From an uncultured Clostridium sp. (GTDB lineage: Bacteria; Bacillota; Clostridia; TANB77; CAG-508), in assembly GCA_947647595.1 (NCBI GenBank), contig CANSKZ010000004.1, forward strand, positions 71,541-135,540: DNA of 64,000 nucleotides. Reading direction: 5' to 3'. The notes under the pieces are model-generated. The model was not told where the DNA came from and made no database searches. It saw nothing but the letters and a program-made list of their open reading frames with translations. Shown one piece after another: positions 38,734 to 48,384 of the stretch (its first letter is position 1; each line of letters starts with the position of its first letter). Made by a program: the position numbers and the translations under genes.

Positions 38734-39324
38734 ATGGATAAAGAAATCAATATCGATGAAATCAATGATATGATAGAAATATACAATGGAAATATACAGG
38801 ATTTAAGTCCTGAAGATGCAAAACTAACACAAGAAAAATTTGAAGAAAAAAGAAAGTTATTAGTAGAAGAATTAGAAAGATTATATGAAACTGACCAAAT
38901 CGGAAACTCTGGAAAAATTAGTATGCTAGAAACAACGATGAGTGAATTAGATGGTTTGTTAGAACAAATTTCAGTAATTTTACCAGAAGAGCCAGAGGAA
39001 GTGTTTGCTTTAGAAGCAGAAGAAGTTGATTTACCAGAAGAATCTACAGAAAGCGAATTGGAAGTGACGGAAGAAGTAACAGAACCTGAAAAGAATACAA
39101 CAATTGAGTGGCAAGAACCTTCCGAAGAATTTTTACAATCTGCGCAAGAAATTGTAGGAGGAAGAGAGGGACTTCAAAATTTATTAGGTGTTGTAGAAGA
39201 AGGAAGTAGAACTGCAACGGCACTGATGCAAAAAATCAAACAATCGGAAAAAGAAATAGAATCCGAAGAAACTGAAAAAATACCAGAAAGAGAAGAGTAT
39301 GATAAAGGCGAAAGAGTAAAATAA
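38734..39324 (+). CDS. Hypothetical acidic protein
   Basis: 196 aa, Glu-rich; RBS AAAGGAG. Confidence 0.45.
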   Translation: MDKEINIDEINDMIEIYNGNIQDLSPEDAKLTQEKFEEKRKLLVEELERLYETDQIGNSGKISMLETTMSELDGLLEQISVILPEEPEEVFALEAEEVDLPEESTESELEVTEEVTEPEKNTTIEWQEPSEEFLQSAQEIVGGREGLQNLLGVVEEGSRTATALMQKIKQSEKEIESEETEKIPEREEYDKGERVK

Positions 39325-39420
39325 TAAAAATGAGAGAACGCAATTGAAGCGTTCTTTTTTGTACTAAAAATCAATTTTATTGAATATATTTATTGCAAGA
39401 ATAAGAAGGAGGTAAAAAGA

Positions 39421-39978
39421 ATGTATTATCAAAATGGAAATTACATGCAAGATTTGAATTGTTATAATCAAACACCAGGGATGGGATATCAACCATATGC
39501 CAATACAAATTTTTCAAATCAAACAATGCCAATGAACAATAATCCAATGCCAATGATGCAAGCGAATTTGAATACGATGTATCCAGCAACTTATCGAATT
39601 ATTTCACCAGTTATAACACAAGTGCTAAGCAATCATAATGCAGGATATTTAACAGAGGATGCTTTAAATAGTATGGTCGATACCGTTTACAATATTGTGG
39701 AGGGAGATATTAATTTGGGAGCAGATCGAAATCATACCAACAATTCAACCAATGAAAATTCAAATGCCAGTAATTGCGAAAGAAATTCGTCCACACCCCG
39801 CCAAAACGTTAATTCTACTACAACTAGCAGACCAGATTCGCAAAATGCATTGTTAAGAGATTTAATTAAAATTATGATTTTAAATGAATTAAATTGTCGA
39901 AGACAATCCAATTTCAATCCAATGTCTATGCAAAATCCAAATATGACAGGAGCGATGTTTCAATCGTATAATTTCTAA
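39421..39978 (+). CDS. Hypothetical Asn/Gln/Met-rich protein (possibly spore-coat-like)
   Basis: 185 aa, low-complexity N-terminus (MPMNNNPMPMMQANLNTMYP), RBS AAGGAGG. Confidence 0.4.
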   Translation: MYYQNGNYMQDLNCYNQTPGMGYQPYANTNFSNQTMPMNNNPMPMMQANLNTMYPATYRIISPVITQVLSNHNAGYLTEDALNSMVDTVYNIVEGDINLGADRNHTNNSTNENSNASNCERNSSTPRQNVNSTTTSRPDSQNALLRDLIKIMILNELNCRRQSNFNPMSMQNPNMTGAMFQSYNF

Positions 39979-40027
39979 AATTTTGCGCATACTTTAAGTG
40001 TAAAACTTAAAATAAGGAGAAATGAAA

Positions 40028-40462
40028 ATGAGAGTAAAAGATTGTATGTGCAAAAAAGTAGTGCAAGCAACTTCAGATACAACATTAGACAAAATTGCTA
40101 AATTAATGCAAGAAAATGATGTTGGTTGTGTTCCTATCTGTAATGAAGAAAAAAACGTGATTGGATTTGTCACAGACCGAGACATTATCACGAGATGTGT
40201 AGCGACGAATCAAAATTGTAGTCAAACAAAGGCATCAGATATTATGACAACAAAGGTAATTAAAACAACGCCAGATACAGAAATTGATGAGGCAACGCAG
40301 ACAATGTCGCACAACCAAATTAGAAGATTACCTGTAATTGAAAATAACCAAATTGTTGGAATGCTTACCATTGGCGATTTGGCACAAAGTCAAAAGATAG
40401 AGCCACAAGAAGTGGGAGATACGATGGAATGCATTTGTGAATGTAAACATCATCATGAATAA
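40028..40462 (+). CDS. CBS-domain pair protein
   Basis: Two CBS motifs (VGCVPICNEEKNVIGFVTDRDI; IRRLPVIENNQIVGMLTIGDL). Confidence 0.75.
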   Translation: MRVKDCMCKKVVQATSDTTLDKIAKLMQENDVGCVPICNEEKNVIGFVTDRDIITRCVATNQNCSQTKASDIMTTKVIKTTPDTEIDEATQTMSHNQIRRLPVIENNQIVGMLTIGDLAQSQKIEPQEVGDTMECICECKHHHE

Positions 40463-40478
40463 AAGGAGAGTGTTAAAA

Positions 40479-41558
40479 TTGGAATATAAAACAATTATAA
40501 AAAAAGTTTTTTGGATCGTCATTATTTTTGGAATTTTTATATTAGCAGCAAAACTTTTTAAGTTTTATATTCCTTTTTTAATTGCTTATGTGATTTCATT
40601 ACTGGTAGAACCTTTCATCAAATGGATTCACAAAAAAACAAATTTGAGTCGAAAGACAAGCAGTATTTTAGTGCTTGTCAGTGTTTTTGTGATTTTAATA
40701 GGATTAATTGTATGGGGAGCTATTCGATTAATTTCCGAAAGTACAAATTTACTTGGTGCCTTAAATACATATTTGGAAAAGGCAATGGAGTGGAGTAATT
40801 CTTTGCTTAAAAAAATTGATATGGACAAATTATCCTTATCCGATAATGTCAAACAAATGATTCAATCCACTTCTTCAGATGTTTTCAATCAAGTTATTGC
40901 TTTTTTAAAAAGTACATTAACTGGCTTATTAGAAGGCTTAAAATCCGTTCCTACTATTTTAATTTATGCAGTGATTACGATTCTAGCAACGTATTTTATT
41001 ACCTCTGACAAAATTTATATTTGGGACAGAATGGAGCATCATATTCCGAAGAAAATATTGGGAAAAATCAAACTAAAAATGGAGAAGATAACAACATCAC
41101 TAGGCAGTTACTTGAAAGCCGAAATGAAATTGATTGGAATTTCATTTGTACTTGTATTGATGGGACTAAATATTTTTTATTTGATGGGAATGAACGTGGG
41201 ATATCCTTTATTAATGGCGCTATTTATTGGATTTGTGGATGCCTTACCTATTTTAGGTTCAGGAACGGTTATGGTGCCATGGAGTGTGATTTTGTTTTTG
41301 AATAAAGAATATTCAGTAGGATGCTCGATTTTAGGATTATATATTTTCGTATCTGTGGTAAGGCAATTTTTAGAACCCAAAATTATTAGTAGTAAAATTG
41401 GAGTACATCCGTTGTTTACACTAATTGCGATGTATACAGGCTTCAAATTAATGGGAGTGATGGGAATGTTAATTGGACCAATTGTGCTAATTATTTTGAA
41501 GAATATTTTTGAAAATACGATTGATAAAGGAATTGTGAAATCGATTTTAGAAGAATAA
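40479..41558 (+). CDS. AI-2E family transporter (UPF0118 / YhhT-like permease)
   Basis: 8 TM helices and the conserved GFVDALPILGSGTVMVPW region; TTG start after AAGGAGAG (start choice uncertain). Confidence 0.75.
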   Translation: MEYKTIIKKVFWIVIIFGIFILAAKLFKFYIPFLIAYVISLLVEPFIKWIHKKTNLSRKTSSILVLVSVFVILIGLIVWGAIRLISESTNLLGALNTYLEKAMEWSNSLLKKIDMDKLSLSDNVKQMIQSTSSDVFNQVIAFLKSTLTGLLEGLKSVPTILIYAVITILATYFITSDKIYIWDRMEHHIPKKILGKIKLKMEKITTSLGSYLKAEMKLIGISFVLVLMGLNIFYLMGMNVGYPLLMALFIGFVDALPILGSGTVMVPWSVILFLNKEYSVGCSILGLYIFVSVVRQFLEPKIISSKIGVHPLFTLIAMYTGFKLMGVMGMLIGPIVLIILKNIFENTIDKGIVKSILEE

Positions 41559-41563
41559 AATAG

Positions 41564-41606
41564 GCGAGAAATCACTAAAATAATAGCTGATTTCTCGCTT
41601 ATTTCT
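41564..41606. terminator. Bidirectional terminator between convergent genes
   Basis: gcgagaaatcac...tgatttctcgc stem followed by ttatttc. Confidence 0.55.
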
Positions 41607-41625
41607 TGCCTGTTTGTACGATGCA

Positions 41626-41859
41626 TTAAGCTTTAGCTTTAGGCCTTTCTACGATGAACTGGAAAAGTTCATCGTCGCGAATGTCTTTCCTGTAAAAGAA
41701 ATTCTCCGTATTACAAGATGGACACTGAAAGCCTAAAGCAAATCCCATAGGGAAAGGGTAAAGCTTTTTGGCTGTCACCATAAGTGGCGCTTTGCAATTT
41801 TTATTCTGGCAGGTGGCATACAGATGAAAGATCATGTACCGATTTAATAAATTTTTCAT
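41626..41859 (-). CDS. Small zinc-ribbon protein (77 aa); contains an in-frame CGG (41839-41841)
   Basis: CxxC...CPSC pairs (CQNKNC, CPSCNTENF); RBS GGAGAAGAAGCCT. Confidence 0.4.
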   Translation of the reverse strand: MKNLLNRYMIFHLYATCQNKNCKAPLMVTAKKLYPFPMGFALGFQCPSCNTENFFYRKDIRDDELFQFIVERPKAKA

Positions 41860-42046
41860 AGGCTTCTTCTCCTTCTATAAAGTTAACTATATAACAACAA
41901 ATTAATTATAACATATTTTACATAAGATGTCAATTTAAAGCGTAATTTAAGAGGTAGATAAATTTCTAAAAAATACTTGAAAAATTCTCTAATAAAAGAT
42001 ATAATGAAAAAAAGAAAAAACAAAAGTAAAAAATTGGAGGAAAAAG

Positions 42047-42304
42047 ATGGCTACAAGAGATAAAAATATATGGGTTTTATTAATATTTATTTTATCTGGC
42101 TTAGTAATAGGAGGACTTTTAGGCGATTTAGCAGCACGTGTTGATTGGCTTTGGTGGCTCGGATTTGGGCAAGAATTTGGTTTAGAAAGTCCGTTGGTAT
42201 TGAACTTAAATATTCTAAAAATAACCTTTGGATTTATGGTAAAAATAAATATTGCAAGTATTATTGGCATAGGAATTGCATTATTCCTATATCGAAAAAT
42301 TTAA
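42047..42304 (+). CDS. Small membrane protein (DUF4321-like)
   Basis: 85 aa with two TM helices and RBS GGAGG. Confidence 0.45.
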   Translation: MATRDKNIWVLLIFILSGLVIGGLLGDLAARVDWLWWLGFGQEFGLESPLVLNLNILKITFGFMVKINIASIIGIGIALFLYRKI

Positions 42305-42325
42305 AATTTGAAAGTAGGAATTTTG

Positions 42326-43168
42326 ATGTTAGATATTTTGTTAGATTCTATAATAGATAGTTTAAAATTAGTTCCATTTTTATTTATTACATACCTGATT
42401 ATGGAATATTTAGAACACAAAACTTCTCATAAGCATAAAGAACAAATGGAGCAATCCGGCAAAATGGGACCGGTCATTGGCGGATTGTTAGGCGCGTTTC
42501 CGCAATGTGGTTTTTCTGTATCAGCTACAAATTTATATGTTGGTCGTGTGATTACGCTAGGGACCTTAATTGCAGTTTATTTATCTACTTCCGATGAAAT
42601 GATACCTGTTTTTTTATCAGAAGCAGTCCCATTTTTGGTTATTTTAAAAATATTAGGAATCAAAATTTTGATTAGTATTTTGGTAGGAATTTTGGTGGAT
42701 TGGTTTTTTAGAAAGAAACATTCGGAATGTGAGATTCATTTAATGTGTGAACACGATAAATGTCATTGTGAAGATGGAATTATGAAATCTTCTATTAGAC
42801 ATACCGTTCAAATCACGTTATTTATTTTTTTGATTAACCTTATTTTAAATACATTAATTCATATTGTAGGGGAAGAGACAATTGCGCATTTCATTTTAAA
42901 AAAACCAATTTTAGGTCCTATGATAGCAGGAATTGTTGGCTTAATTCCAAATTGTGCTGCCTCGGTTATTCTTGCTGAATTGTATCTAGGGAATATGATT
43001 TCTGCGGGAACGATGATAGCTGGGTTATTAGTTGGTGCAGGAATTGGATTATTAGTATTGTTTAGAGAAAATCATCATACAAAAGAAAACATAAAAATCG
43101 TTTCTATTTTGTATGGAAGTGGTGTTTTATTTGGGATTTTATTAGAAGCAATGGGACTTGTTTTGTAA
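42326..43168 (+). CDS. Putative permease of the ArsP-like 10-TM metal exporter type
   Basis: Repeated GxxPxCxxSV motifs (GAFPQCGFSVSATNLY; LIPNCAASVILAELY) and a Cys/His-rich loop (CEHDKCHCEDG). Confidence 0.45.
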   Translation: MLDILLDSIIDSLKLVPFLFITYLIMEYLEHKTSHKHKEQMEQSGKMGPVIGGLLGAFPQCGFSVSATNLYVGRVITLGTLIAVYLSTSDEMIPVFLSEAVPFLVILKILGIKILISILVGILVDWFFRKKHSECEIHLMCEHDKCHCEDGIMKSSIRHTVQITLFIFLINLILNTLIHIVGEETIAHFILKKPILGPMIAGIVGLIPNCAASVILAELYLGNMISAGTMIAGLLVGAGIGLLVLFRENHHTKENIKIVSILYGSGVLFGILLEAMGLVL

Positions 43169-43181
43169 AGGGGAAGCAGGA

Positions 43182-43748
43182 ATGAAAAAAACGAAGCGAA
43201 AAATTTTTGAAACTTCGATGAAGTTGTTTTCAGAAAAAGGATATGATGCAACCAGTATTGAAGAAATAACAGCAACAGTTGGTGTAGCTAAAGGAACGTT
43301 ATATTATCATTTTTCAAGTAAAGAAGAAATTTTCAATTTTTTAGTGGAAGAAGGCATGAAACTGTTAAAAATGAGCATCGAAATTAAAACTTCGAAATGT
43401 GATGCCACGATTGATAAATTAAAAGCAATTGTACTGATTCAATTAAAAGGAATCAAAAAATATGAAAATATTTTAACCATTGTGATGAGTCAAGTTTGGG
43501 GAAATGAGCCGAGAAATGTACTTTGCAAGGAAAAAGTGATTGAATATATTCAGGTGATTCAGAATATTATTGAACAAGGTTTTACAAAAGGAGATATTAA
43601 ATCTTGTGATGCAGAAGTTTTAGCTTGTGAACTTTTTTCACTTACTTGTTCGAGTTTGATTTACCGAAGAAAAGCCGAAGAATTTGAAATCGAAAAGTTA
43701 TATCAAGAGTACGAAAAAATATTATTAAATAAATTGGGAAACCTTTAA
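43182..43748 (+). CDS. TetR/AcrR family transcriptional regulator
   Basis: N-terminal HTH SIEEITATVGVAKGTLYYHFSSKEEIF. Confidence 0.8.
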   Translation: MKKTKRKIFETSMKLFSEKGYDATSIEEITATVGVAKGTLYYHFSSKEEIFNFLVEEGMKLLKMSIEIKTSKCDATIDKLKAIVLIQLKGIKKYENILTIVMSQVWGNEPRNVLCKEKVIEYIQVIQNIIEQGFTKGDIKSCDAEVLACELFSLTCSSLIYRRKAEEFEIEKLYQEYEKILLNKLGNL

Positions 43749-43770
43749 ATAAAGAAAGGAAAAAATAAAA

Positions 43771-45519
43771 ATGGATACCAAAATATACAAGGGGTGTGAA
43801 AGATTATATTCAATAGAAAAAGTCAATAATTTGAAAGAATTATTAGAAAGAACAGAAAAGTTATATGCAAACAACATAGCTTTCAAATTTAAGACCGATA
43901 CACCCGATGTTTTAAAACATACAACTTATACAGAATACATCGAAGAAATTAATGCATTAGGAACTGCAATGATTAGTTTGGGATTAAAGGGAAAACGCAT
44001 TGCAGTGATTTCTGAAAATCGTTATGAATGGACACTTACCTATTTTGCAACTGTAAATGGAACAGGGGTGATTGTCCCATTAGACCGTTCGTTATCAGAA
44101 ATTGAAACAATTAATTTGATAGAAGCCTCAGAAGCAGAAGCGATTTTTTATTCCAATAAATATACAGAAGTCATGGAAAAAGTCCGCAAAGAAAAAATTG
44201 GAAATATTCAATTTTTTATATCAATGGATGCTAAAGAGAGTACAGAGGAAGTGTATTCCCAAAAAGAATTAATCCGCATCGGAAAAGATTTAATCAAAAA
44301 CGGTTCGAGGACTTTTGTGGATAGTCAAATTGACAACGAAGCAATGTCGATTATGTTATTTACGTCTGGTACAACTTCGAAAAGTAAAGCAGTTAGCTTA
44401 TCGCATAAAAATATTTGTACTAATTTGTACGATATTGCCTCCGTTTTTGATGTGAATGAAAACGATACAATTCTGTCGTTTTTGCCACTTCATCATACGT
44501 ATGAATGTACAGTAGGTTTTTTGTATCCAATCTATGTAGGTGCTTGTATAACATATTGTGAGGGAATTCGTCATATTGCAGATAATATTAAGGAATATCA
44601 AGCAAGTGTGATGATTTCAGTTCCAGTTCTTTTTGAAAGTTTATATAAAAGAGTGATGCAAAATATTGAGAAAAAGGGCATGATGAAAAAAGTTCAAATG
44701 GGTTTAAAAATCAGCAATTTTTTAAGAAAAATAGGCATTGATAGACGTAGAAAAATTTTCAAAGAAATTCATGATTCGTTAGGCGGAAGATTAAGATTAT
44801 TCGTAGCAGGTGCTGCTGCATTTGACCCTAAAATGGAAAAAGGACTAAATGATTTGGGAATTGATACGTATCAAGGCTATGGTTTAACAGAAACATCGCC
44901 TGTGATTGCAGCAGAACATAAAACAGTTGTAAAATATGGTTCAATTGGAAAAGTATTTCCAAGTTTAGAAGTAAAAATTATGGCGCCAAACGAAGAAGGA
45001 ATTGGCGAAATTGCTGTAAAAGGCGATACCGTTATGCAGGGTTATGTTGATAATCCAGAAGCAACAGCTGAAGTGATTCAAGATGGTTGGTTTCATACAG
45101 GAGATTTGGGCTATTTTGATAAAAATGAATTTTTATTTATCACAGGAAGAAAGAAAAGTGTTATCGTTTTGAAAAATGGTAAAAATATTTATCCAGAAGA
45201 AATTGAAGCAATGATTAATGATATTCCAGGAGTAAAAGAATGCATGGTTTTTGGGAAGCCAGACGCAGAAGATAAAGTGGATTTGAAATTAGCAACCAAA
45301 GTGGTTTATGATGCAGAATTTTTCCAAAATGAATTTGGATGCCACGAGGAAAAAGAAATTCGTGATAAAATTTGGAAAGCGATTAAAGAAATCAATAAAA
45401 AAATGCCAACGTATAAATATGTGAAAGAATTGATTTTAACACAAGAAGAATTAATCAAAACAACCACACAAAAAGTGAAACGTTTTGAAGAATTAAAAAA
45501 GCTTGGTATCAATCCCTAG
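43771..45519 (+). CDS. Long-chain-fatty-acid--CoA ligase (AMP-dependent synthetase/ligase)
   Basis: AMP-binding signature LFTSGTTSKSKAV, YGLTETS, and the GWFHTGDLG...GRKKSVI region. Confidence 0.8.
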   Translation: MDTKIYKGCERLYSIEKVNNLKELLERTEKLYANNIAFKFKTDTPDVLKHTTYTEYIEEINALGTAMISLGLKGKRIAVISENRYEWTLTYFATVNGTGVIVPLDRSLSEIETINLIEASEAEAIFYSNKYTEVMEKVRKEKIGNIQFFISMDAKESTEEVYSQKELIRIGKDLIKNGSRTFVDSQIDNEAMSIMLFTSGTTSKSKAVSLSHKNICTNLYDIASVFDVNENDTILSFLPLHHTYECTVGFLYPIYVGACITYCEGIRHIADNIKEYQASVMISVPVLFESLYKRVMQNIEKKGMMKKVQMGLKISNFLRKIGIDRRRKIFKEIHDSLGGRLRLFVAGAAAFDPKMEKGLNDLGIDTYQGYGLTETSPVIAAEHKTVVKYGSIGKVFPSLEVKIMAPNEEGIGEIAVKGDTVMQGYVDNPEATAEVIQDGWFHTGDLGYFDKNEFLFITGRKKSVIVLKNGKNIYPEEIEAMINDIPGVKECMVFGKPDAEDKVDLKLATKVVYDAEFFQNEFGCHEEKEIRDKIWKAIKEINKKMPTYKYVKELILTQEELIKTTTQKVKRFEELKKLGINP

Positions 45520-45537
45520 AAACAGGAATTTGGCAAA

Positions 45538-45590
45538 TGTTACAGATTTGTTACAAATTTCTACAAAATGTTACACAAATGTAATATAAA
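45538..45590 (+). promoter_or_regulatory. Array of four direct TGTTACA/TTCTACA repeats with 10-11-bp periodicity followed by a TAATAT -10-like element (OmpR/PhoP-family response-regulator-type site)
   Basis: tgttacagatt tgttacaaatt tctacaaaatg ttacacaaatgtaatat lies upstream of gene 45695. Confidence 0.4.
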
Positions 45591-45694
45591 AAAGAATAAA
45601 ATCACTTGTATTTTTTTTAGAAACAAGATATAATAGATATAGTTAAAAAGTGTATGATAAAAAATACAAATTAAACTAAGGAGGTAAGTTTACA

Positions 45695-46618
45695 ATGTCA
45701 TTATTTTTTCAAAAATCAGGCATAGTAAACGTGAAAATGGTTATCACGGAAGAAAAAATATTATGCAACATCGATAAAATACAAAAATTAATTAATCCAA
45801 ATGCCAAAAAGCAAATTGTGCAATTAGAAGAAGATGCAGATTTTAGGGATTTGGTAGAATCGGTTAAAACTTATTTGATGGAATATCCAAAGAAAAAGAA
45901 TTTTCCAGCAGAAGTATATAAAGCTGCCTATGATTTAGTTGAATATGCAACAAATCAATTTGAGGAAAATACAAAAAAAGTAGAAGATTTAATTCGTCAA
46001 CGTGAAAGAAATATTAAGCTTGCAAATGTTTTAACAGATGTTTTAAAAGCAGTAAAAAATAATCATAAAAATTCAAAAGAAATCATCAAAAAAGTAAAAA
46101 AGAAATATTCAGAAGATATTGTAGAAGCGTTAAAAGTAATTAGTACAACTGAAGAAGCTTCGGAAGAATATAAAGTTTCTGAACAATTAATTAAAGCTAA
46201 AATTGGAAATTTAGAATCAAATATGTTTATTGAAATTGATATGGAAAGAATAGAAGACCGTTCAAAAGCTTTAAGTTACATAGGAATTGAAATTGCAGAA
46301 TCATTAAAATATATTCCTGCTCCAATTTCAGTAGAAAGTGAATCTTCTGTTAATCGTTTTGAAGCACCAATTTCTGAAAATATTGAACCAGAAAAACCTA
46401 CTTCAGAATTGCTACAGGATGTGATAGCGGATTCTGTTCCAACAACAGAGAGTACGCCAGATATTGCAACATCTTTCTTTGAAGAAACTAGATTTGAAAC
46501 AAAACCAAGTTTATGGCAAAAATTTAAAAATAGTAAATTTGTAAGAACAATAAAATATATTATGCAAATTAAAGTTGTATTAGATTATCCAGCTTTGCCA
46601 GAGGGTAGAGGAGAGTAA
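45695..46618 (+). CDS. Hypothetical protein
   Basis: 307 aa with RBS AAGGAGG; no motif. Confidence 0.45.
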   Translation: MSLFFQKSGIVNVKMVITEEKILCNIDKIQKLINPNAKKQIVQLEEDADFRDLVESVKTYLMEYPKKKNFPAEVYKAAYDLVEYATNQFEENTKKVEDLIRQRERNIKLANVLTDVLKAVKNNHKNSKEIIKKVKKKYSEDIVEALKVISTTEEASEEYKVSEQLIKAKIGNLESNMFIEIDMERIEDRSKALSYIGIEIAESLKYIPAPISVESESSVNRFEAPISENIEPEKPTSELLQDVIADSVPTTESTPDIATSFFEETRFETKPSLWQKFKNSKFVRTIKYIMQIKVVLDYPALPEGRGE

Positions 46619-46728
46619 AATAAAAAGAACCAAATTTTTTGGTTCTTTTTATTTTAGAAATGTTTATTGATTGACAGTTTTACATAAACATGATATAATA
46701 TTTCATTATAAAATTAGGAGGATATAAT

Positions 46729-47349
46729 ATGGGGGAAAGAATACGGCTTCGTGAGGAGTATTTAGCTTATCAAGTTGCTAACTATATTAATACAGATGTT
46801 GAAACTTTAAAACAGATACGTAATATCAATTGCTATGCTTTTGCAAGACTTTTAGGGTATCCTGATCCAAATCAAGAAATCTATGCACCAGGAAATATTT
46901 ATCGATTCAAATATGGTGATGGCAAAATTCTGCAAAACTCGATTGATCTTAACTTTATCGATGATTGTATTCAAAGAGATAGTCAAGCATTGTTACAAAA
47001 AACACCAAGGATTTCTTTTTCTGATATTCATGAACAAGATCAAAAATTTTATTTTGGAATCTCATTATTTCGATTTTGCGCATCAAAAGTTAAACAACCA
47101 ATCTTGAAAGAAGTTTTAGAAAATTTAAATAAAATAACGGATTTTTTTGATTGGCATTTTATTATGAGAACTTCAACAGGAGAATGGTTACAAAAACCAG
47201 GTTGGGAACGTCCTGTGGAAGAAGTTAAATGGATTGAATATGGAAAGACATTTGATTTTCTAACAACCGCATACTGTCCTATGTTTAATGCGGAGCTTCC
47301 ATTAGAGGGGATATGCAATGAGAAATTCTTTTATCGAATAGAAATTTGA
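46729..47349 (+). CDS. Hypothetical protein; contains an in-frame CGG (46744-46746)
   Basis: 206 aa with RBS AGGAGG. Confidence 0.4.
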   Translation: MGERIRLREEYLAYQVANYINTDVETLKQIRNINCYAFARLLGYPDPNQEIYAPGNIYRFKYGDGKILQNSIDLNFIDDCIQRDSQALLQKTPRISFSDIHEQDQKFYFGISLFRFCASKVKQPILKEVLENLNKITDFFDWHFIMRTSTGEWLQKPGWERPVEEVKWIEYGKTFDFLTTAYCPMFNAELPLEGICNEKFFYRIEI

Positions 47350-47520
47350 TGATTATTGCTCTATTTTCAGTATTAAAAATTAGAATTAATTTTTCAATGA
47401 AATTCCATCATCTAATAAAAAGGTGGTGGAATTTTTGCGTGAAAAAATAAAAATATTGTTGAAAAAGAATGTTTAATATGATATAAAATAAATAATAAAA
47501 AAATAAATGGAGGAAGCGAA

Positions 47521-48186
47521 ATGAAAATTGTAAAACCATGGGTTGAATTATTAGAAATTGATGGAATAAAAATTATGAAAAATTTGGAGAGAGCAGCAAA
47601 ACATTGCTATCGTACAGAAGGAAATATTAAAGAAAATAGTTACGACCATTTCTTGAGAAATTGTATTAATCGTGGGCATGAGTCAGTATTAGAACATGAA
47701 AAAGTAAGTATTCGAATTTGTTGCGATGTTGGAGCATATAAAGATATAACACGTCACAGAATTGCTTCTTTTTCGATTGAAAGTACAAGATATTGTAATT
47801 ATAGCAAAGATAAATTTGGAAATCAGATTTCCTTTATCGAGCCTTGCAATATAGATGACGAATCACTATATACGGCTTGGAAAGATTGTATGCAAAACAT
47901 TGAAGATACCTATAACAAAATGGCTAGTCAAGGTGCTACACCAGATCAATTGCGTTTATTATTACCACACAGTGCAGCAGCCGAACTTACCATGACAGCC
48001 AATATCAGAGAATGGAGACATATTTTTTCTTTACGAGCAGACAAACATGCCCATTCATCCATTCAACAATTTATGATTCCATTATTATTATATTTCAAAA
48101 AACAAATGCCAGCGCTTTTTGATGAAGTGAAATATAACGAAGAATTTGATTCTGAAAAATATGCTGAAATAAAAATTATCCAATAA
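47521..48186 (+). CDS. thyX: FAD-dependent thymidylate synthase ThyX
   Basis: ThyX motif RHRIASFSIESTRY and HESVLEHEKVS; RBS GGAGGAAG. Confidence 0.85.
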   Translation: MKIVKPWVELLEIDGIKIMKNLERAAKHCYRTEGNIKENSYDHFLRNCINRGHESVLEHEKVSIRICCDVGAYKDITRHRIASFSIESTRYCNYSKDKFGNQISFIEPCNIDDESLYTAWKDCMQNIEDTYNKMASQGATPDQLRLLLPHSAAAELTMTANIREWRHIFSLRADKHAHSSIQQFMIPLLLYFKKQMPALFDEVKYNEEFDSEKYAEIKIIQ

Positions 48187-48226
48187 TCCTCTATTTTAAA
48201 AAATATAAAAAATGAGAATAACACTA

Positions 48227-48370
48227 CTAGGAAAGATAAGTCCGGAGAAAGGAAAGTATGCAAACTGTAATTCCTCCAGGCTTATTTTTCTTTTGTTTAA
48301 TTTCATATACCCCATAATAAAAGGTTTTAAAAAAAGCTACAACGATTAAAAATAAAGCTAAATAAGCCAT
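48227..48370 (-). CDS. Small hypothetical membrane protein (47 aa) downstream of the germinant-receptor operon
   Basis: AGGAGG RBS + ATG; MAYLALFLIVVAFFKTFYYGVYEIKQKKNKPGGITVCILSFLRTYLS; contains an in-frame CGG near its end. Confidence 0.3.
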   Translation of the reverse strand: MAYLALFLIVVAFFKTFYYGVYEIKQKKNKPGGITVCILSFLRTYLS

Positions 48371-48384
48371 AATTCCTCCTAAAA

